The translations under genes and the position numbers were made by a program. From Podarcis erhardii (taxonomy: Eukaryota), in the NCBI GenBank assembly GCA_964252035.1, contig OZ176208.1: 64,000 nucleotides of DNA; one strand, written 5' to 3'. Shown here piece by piece: positions 61,568 to 64,000 of this stretch. A model generated the notes under the pieces. It had not been told where the DNA came from. It worked only from the letters and a program-made list of their open reading frames with translations, and ran no database searches. Numbering within the stretch: the first letter of the stretch is position 1; every line of letters starts with the position of its first letter.

Positions 61568-63303
61568 GCAGGTCCAGAAACAACACCTTTCTTGGGAACA
61601 TGCCAGGATACCAGCAGTATGCTAGCACAGCCTACCACAGGCACTTTTCTTAAACAATTTTAAGGAACCCCCCTTAAACCATGCTTTGAAATGACATTGG
61701 ATCCCCATAACTTCCCCCAAAATAGTGTCACTCCAAGGAAATTAAGTAGCAGATCACATATGCTTGCTGGGGATGCCCAGTGCTGATTGGTTGACTGCTG
61801 CTGCTGCTGCTGCTAATTGCCATGGTGCTGCTGCCATGGGCCCACTGACCTCGCTGATGATTCCCTTAAATCTAGATCTTCTCTGCTTTTCTCGAATTTC
61901 AAAGTGACTTTTCCATTCACTTGAGTGCCATGATGCAGGGTACTGCAGTTTCCACAAAATTATCGATGCTGCCGGGCGAGAGCAGATACAGTTGCCCAAT
62001 TCAGCAGGGGAAATTCAGCTACGCAGCTCCACATCTTAGTCTTCAACTGGTCTCCCCTGAATCTGATGAATGAGTCTAGCATAGATGTGCAACCCCATCT
62101 AGGGCCACTAATTTCATGCAAGAAAGCATGTGAAAAGTTTGACCGTTGTCAAGTATGTATAAATAAATTTCCATGCCTCATCATTACTTCAGTATTCTAG
62201 TTGAGGGATAAATGGGTACAGGTTTTCTTTTCACATTATTACTGCTAAATATGTCACCTCCATTTCTGCTGGATATTAGTAAATGCTTCACCCTCAAGAG
62301 AATCTCAGAACCCTCAACTGTAATGACAGGGAGTGTCAAAGTTTTAAAATACTCCCAACCCCCAAATGTTACCTCGCTTCCATTTTTATTGAGGGAATTT
62401 GCCACAGTTTTCATTTCCTTTCCCTTACATCTTCATGCACCCTTGTTTTTTTAAAAAATAAAGTTTTGGAGCTAGGCAAACTGTATTAGATCAGACATCC
62501 CATCTTTTTCTAATAACAGTTCAAAAGATGATTTGTATTGCTGTAATATAATATTTCAGGATTGATTTGTTGAAAGGAAATGGGTTGCATTGCGAAGAAA
62601 TGAACTACACAGTGTTTTGCTCTAACTTTGAATAAGCCCTTTATGCATAAACTAGTGAGAACATGGAATGTGGACAACTGAAATTGTGTGCACAGAACTA
62701 TTTTTTTTTCTTAAATTCCTACTACAATCAGTTTTCATCTCAGCAAAAATTTGCAGCATCTCAAGTCCGCTGTAATTTATTAGAAGGTAATGTACATTTC
62801 AGAGTTTGGCTGTTAAGTTTGTACTTTAAAATCTAGCCACATCATGACAGTCTTTGGGGAAATGTCAAATGTGACTTTCCTCATCCTATGAAAATAGGAT
62901 AAAGAAATGAAAATGCTTTTGCTGGGATGTGCTTTAACAAATCTACACCTCAAAGCAGAATCATGCTGCAGTTGCTTTATTTATATTTTAAATCTTGCAT
63001 TTACATATAAAAATTTATGCATTAAAACGTGTCATTCTCAGATCAACAGAAATCAAATTTTGGCAACCGTGGCAATAACTTTTCACAAACCATGACAATC
63101 GCCCACTCCAGATGATAGCAATATCCTGTGGGAGGAAATGTATACTAAAGCATCATGTAGTGGCCTAATGAAAAGCCCCCCCCCCCCCCGCCAAGGAACC
63201 AAACATTGAATTCAAATTGACCTGGGGTTCTCTCATTTGACTGACTAGCTAAACACTCAGAAGAATGAGTGCATGTTATTTAACAGGCATAAAGACAGCT
63301 ATA

Positions 63304-63598
63304 CCGTATTTTTTCGTGTATAACATGCCCCTGTATATAAAGACGCCCCTATTTTGGGGGACTCCAAATTAAGAAAAATGGGGGGAGATTGCCCAGAGTT
63401 GCTGAGTCGCCAATCACCTGCCCAACTGCCACAGCGACATCCAATCAACACCAGCCGTTGCTGCAGCCAATAGCCGCTGACAATATCTGGGTCGCGGCAG
63501 CAACCAATCCCACGTCCCGCATCTGTGTATAAGATGACCCCCAATTTTAAACACTCTTTTTAAAGAATAAACCTCGTCTTATACAGGGAAAACTATGG
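63304..63598. mobile_element. Tc1/mariner-superfamily (Tc2-like) MITE
   Basis: Imperfect TIRs CCGTATTTTTTCGTGTATAA / TTATACAGGGAAAACTATGG, TA on both flanks, subterminal TATAAGACG motifs. Confidence 0.75.
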
Positions 63599-64000
63599 TA
63601 ATCAATGGTATCTACTGGGGTTGGCACTACTTGCGGAGTTTCTAGTTTGTTGTCACATGCTGAGCCTCTCCCATTTTAGGGGGGTGGAATTAACCTTTAA
63701 CATGGTCAATGTATGCCCCTTGAATTCTGCTGTAAGTGGACGCAGATACAGAAATTCTCTCCATTTGTGTGTTTGCTCTTAGTGAAAGAACAGAATTCTT
63801 TGACACAAACGTAATTTGCATTCATTCACATCATAGTTTTTTAAAATAAAAACCCACGATTATACGTAATTAATGTCGTATTTTTTGACATGTCTCTGTT
63901 TGACATTTCCTAATGCTGTTATCATGAAGTGCCATAGAGGTTTAGAAGCCTGCAGGGAAATAGCTAATTGATGGCCTTTAGCCGCTTCATTTACTTTGGA

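Noticed and set aside
61754-61999. ORF beginning MGNCICS (myristoylation-like) with a poly-Ala run
   Set aside because: The start codon is TTG, not ATG, the poly-Ala comes from a (GCT)n microsatellite, and I see no splice or homology support.

Overview
This is vertebrate non-coding DNA, most likely from a lacertid-type lizard. That is inferred from the repeat content: Sauria SINEs with (ACCTTT)n tails, Squam3/MIR-type SINEs with (CTT)n tails, BovB, CR1 and lizard-type L1. I recognise no host protein-coding exon, so the window is probably a large intron or intergenic region, and nearly all short ORFs in the track are spurious or repeat-derived. The only long real ORFs belong to an apparently full-length CR1 LINE (~16701-21061, +). 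Its ORF1 carries a zinc finger, coiled coil and SGNH esterase, its ORF2 carries an APE endonuclease and RT, and neither ORF has a stop or frameshift. The main observation is a canonical -1 ribosomal frameshift heptamer (T TTA AAC) directly before the ORF1 stop, phased to shift ribosomes into the ORF2 frame. The second is a 2177-bp TSD-flanked L1 derivative (46191-48367, -) that keeps the 5' promoter and an ORF1-like frame but only the last codons of ORF2 (HAL1-like architecture). The rest is truncated LINEs (BovB, RTE, Rex1/Babar, L1, L2, CR1), tRNA-derived SINEs, TcMar and hAT MITEs, microsatellites and one 200-N assembly gap. Coordinates were counted by hand and element ends may be off by a few bases.
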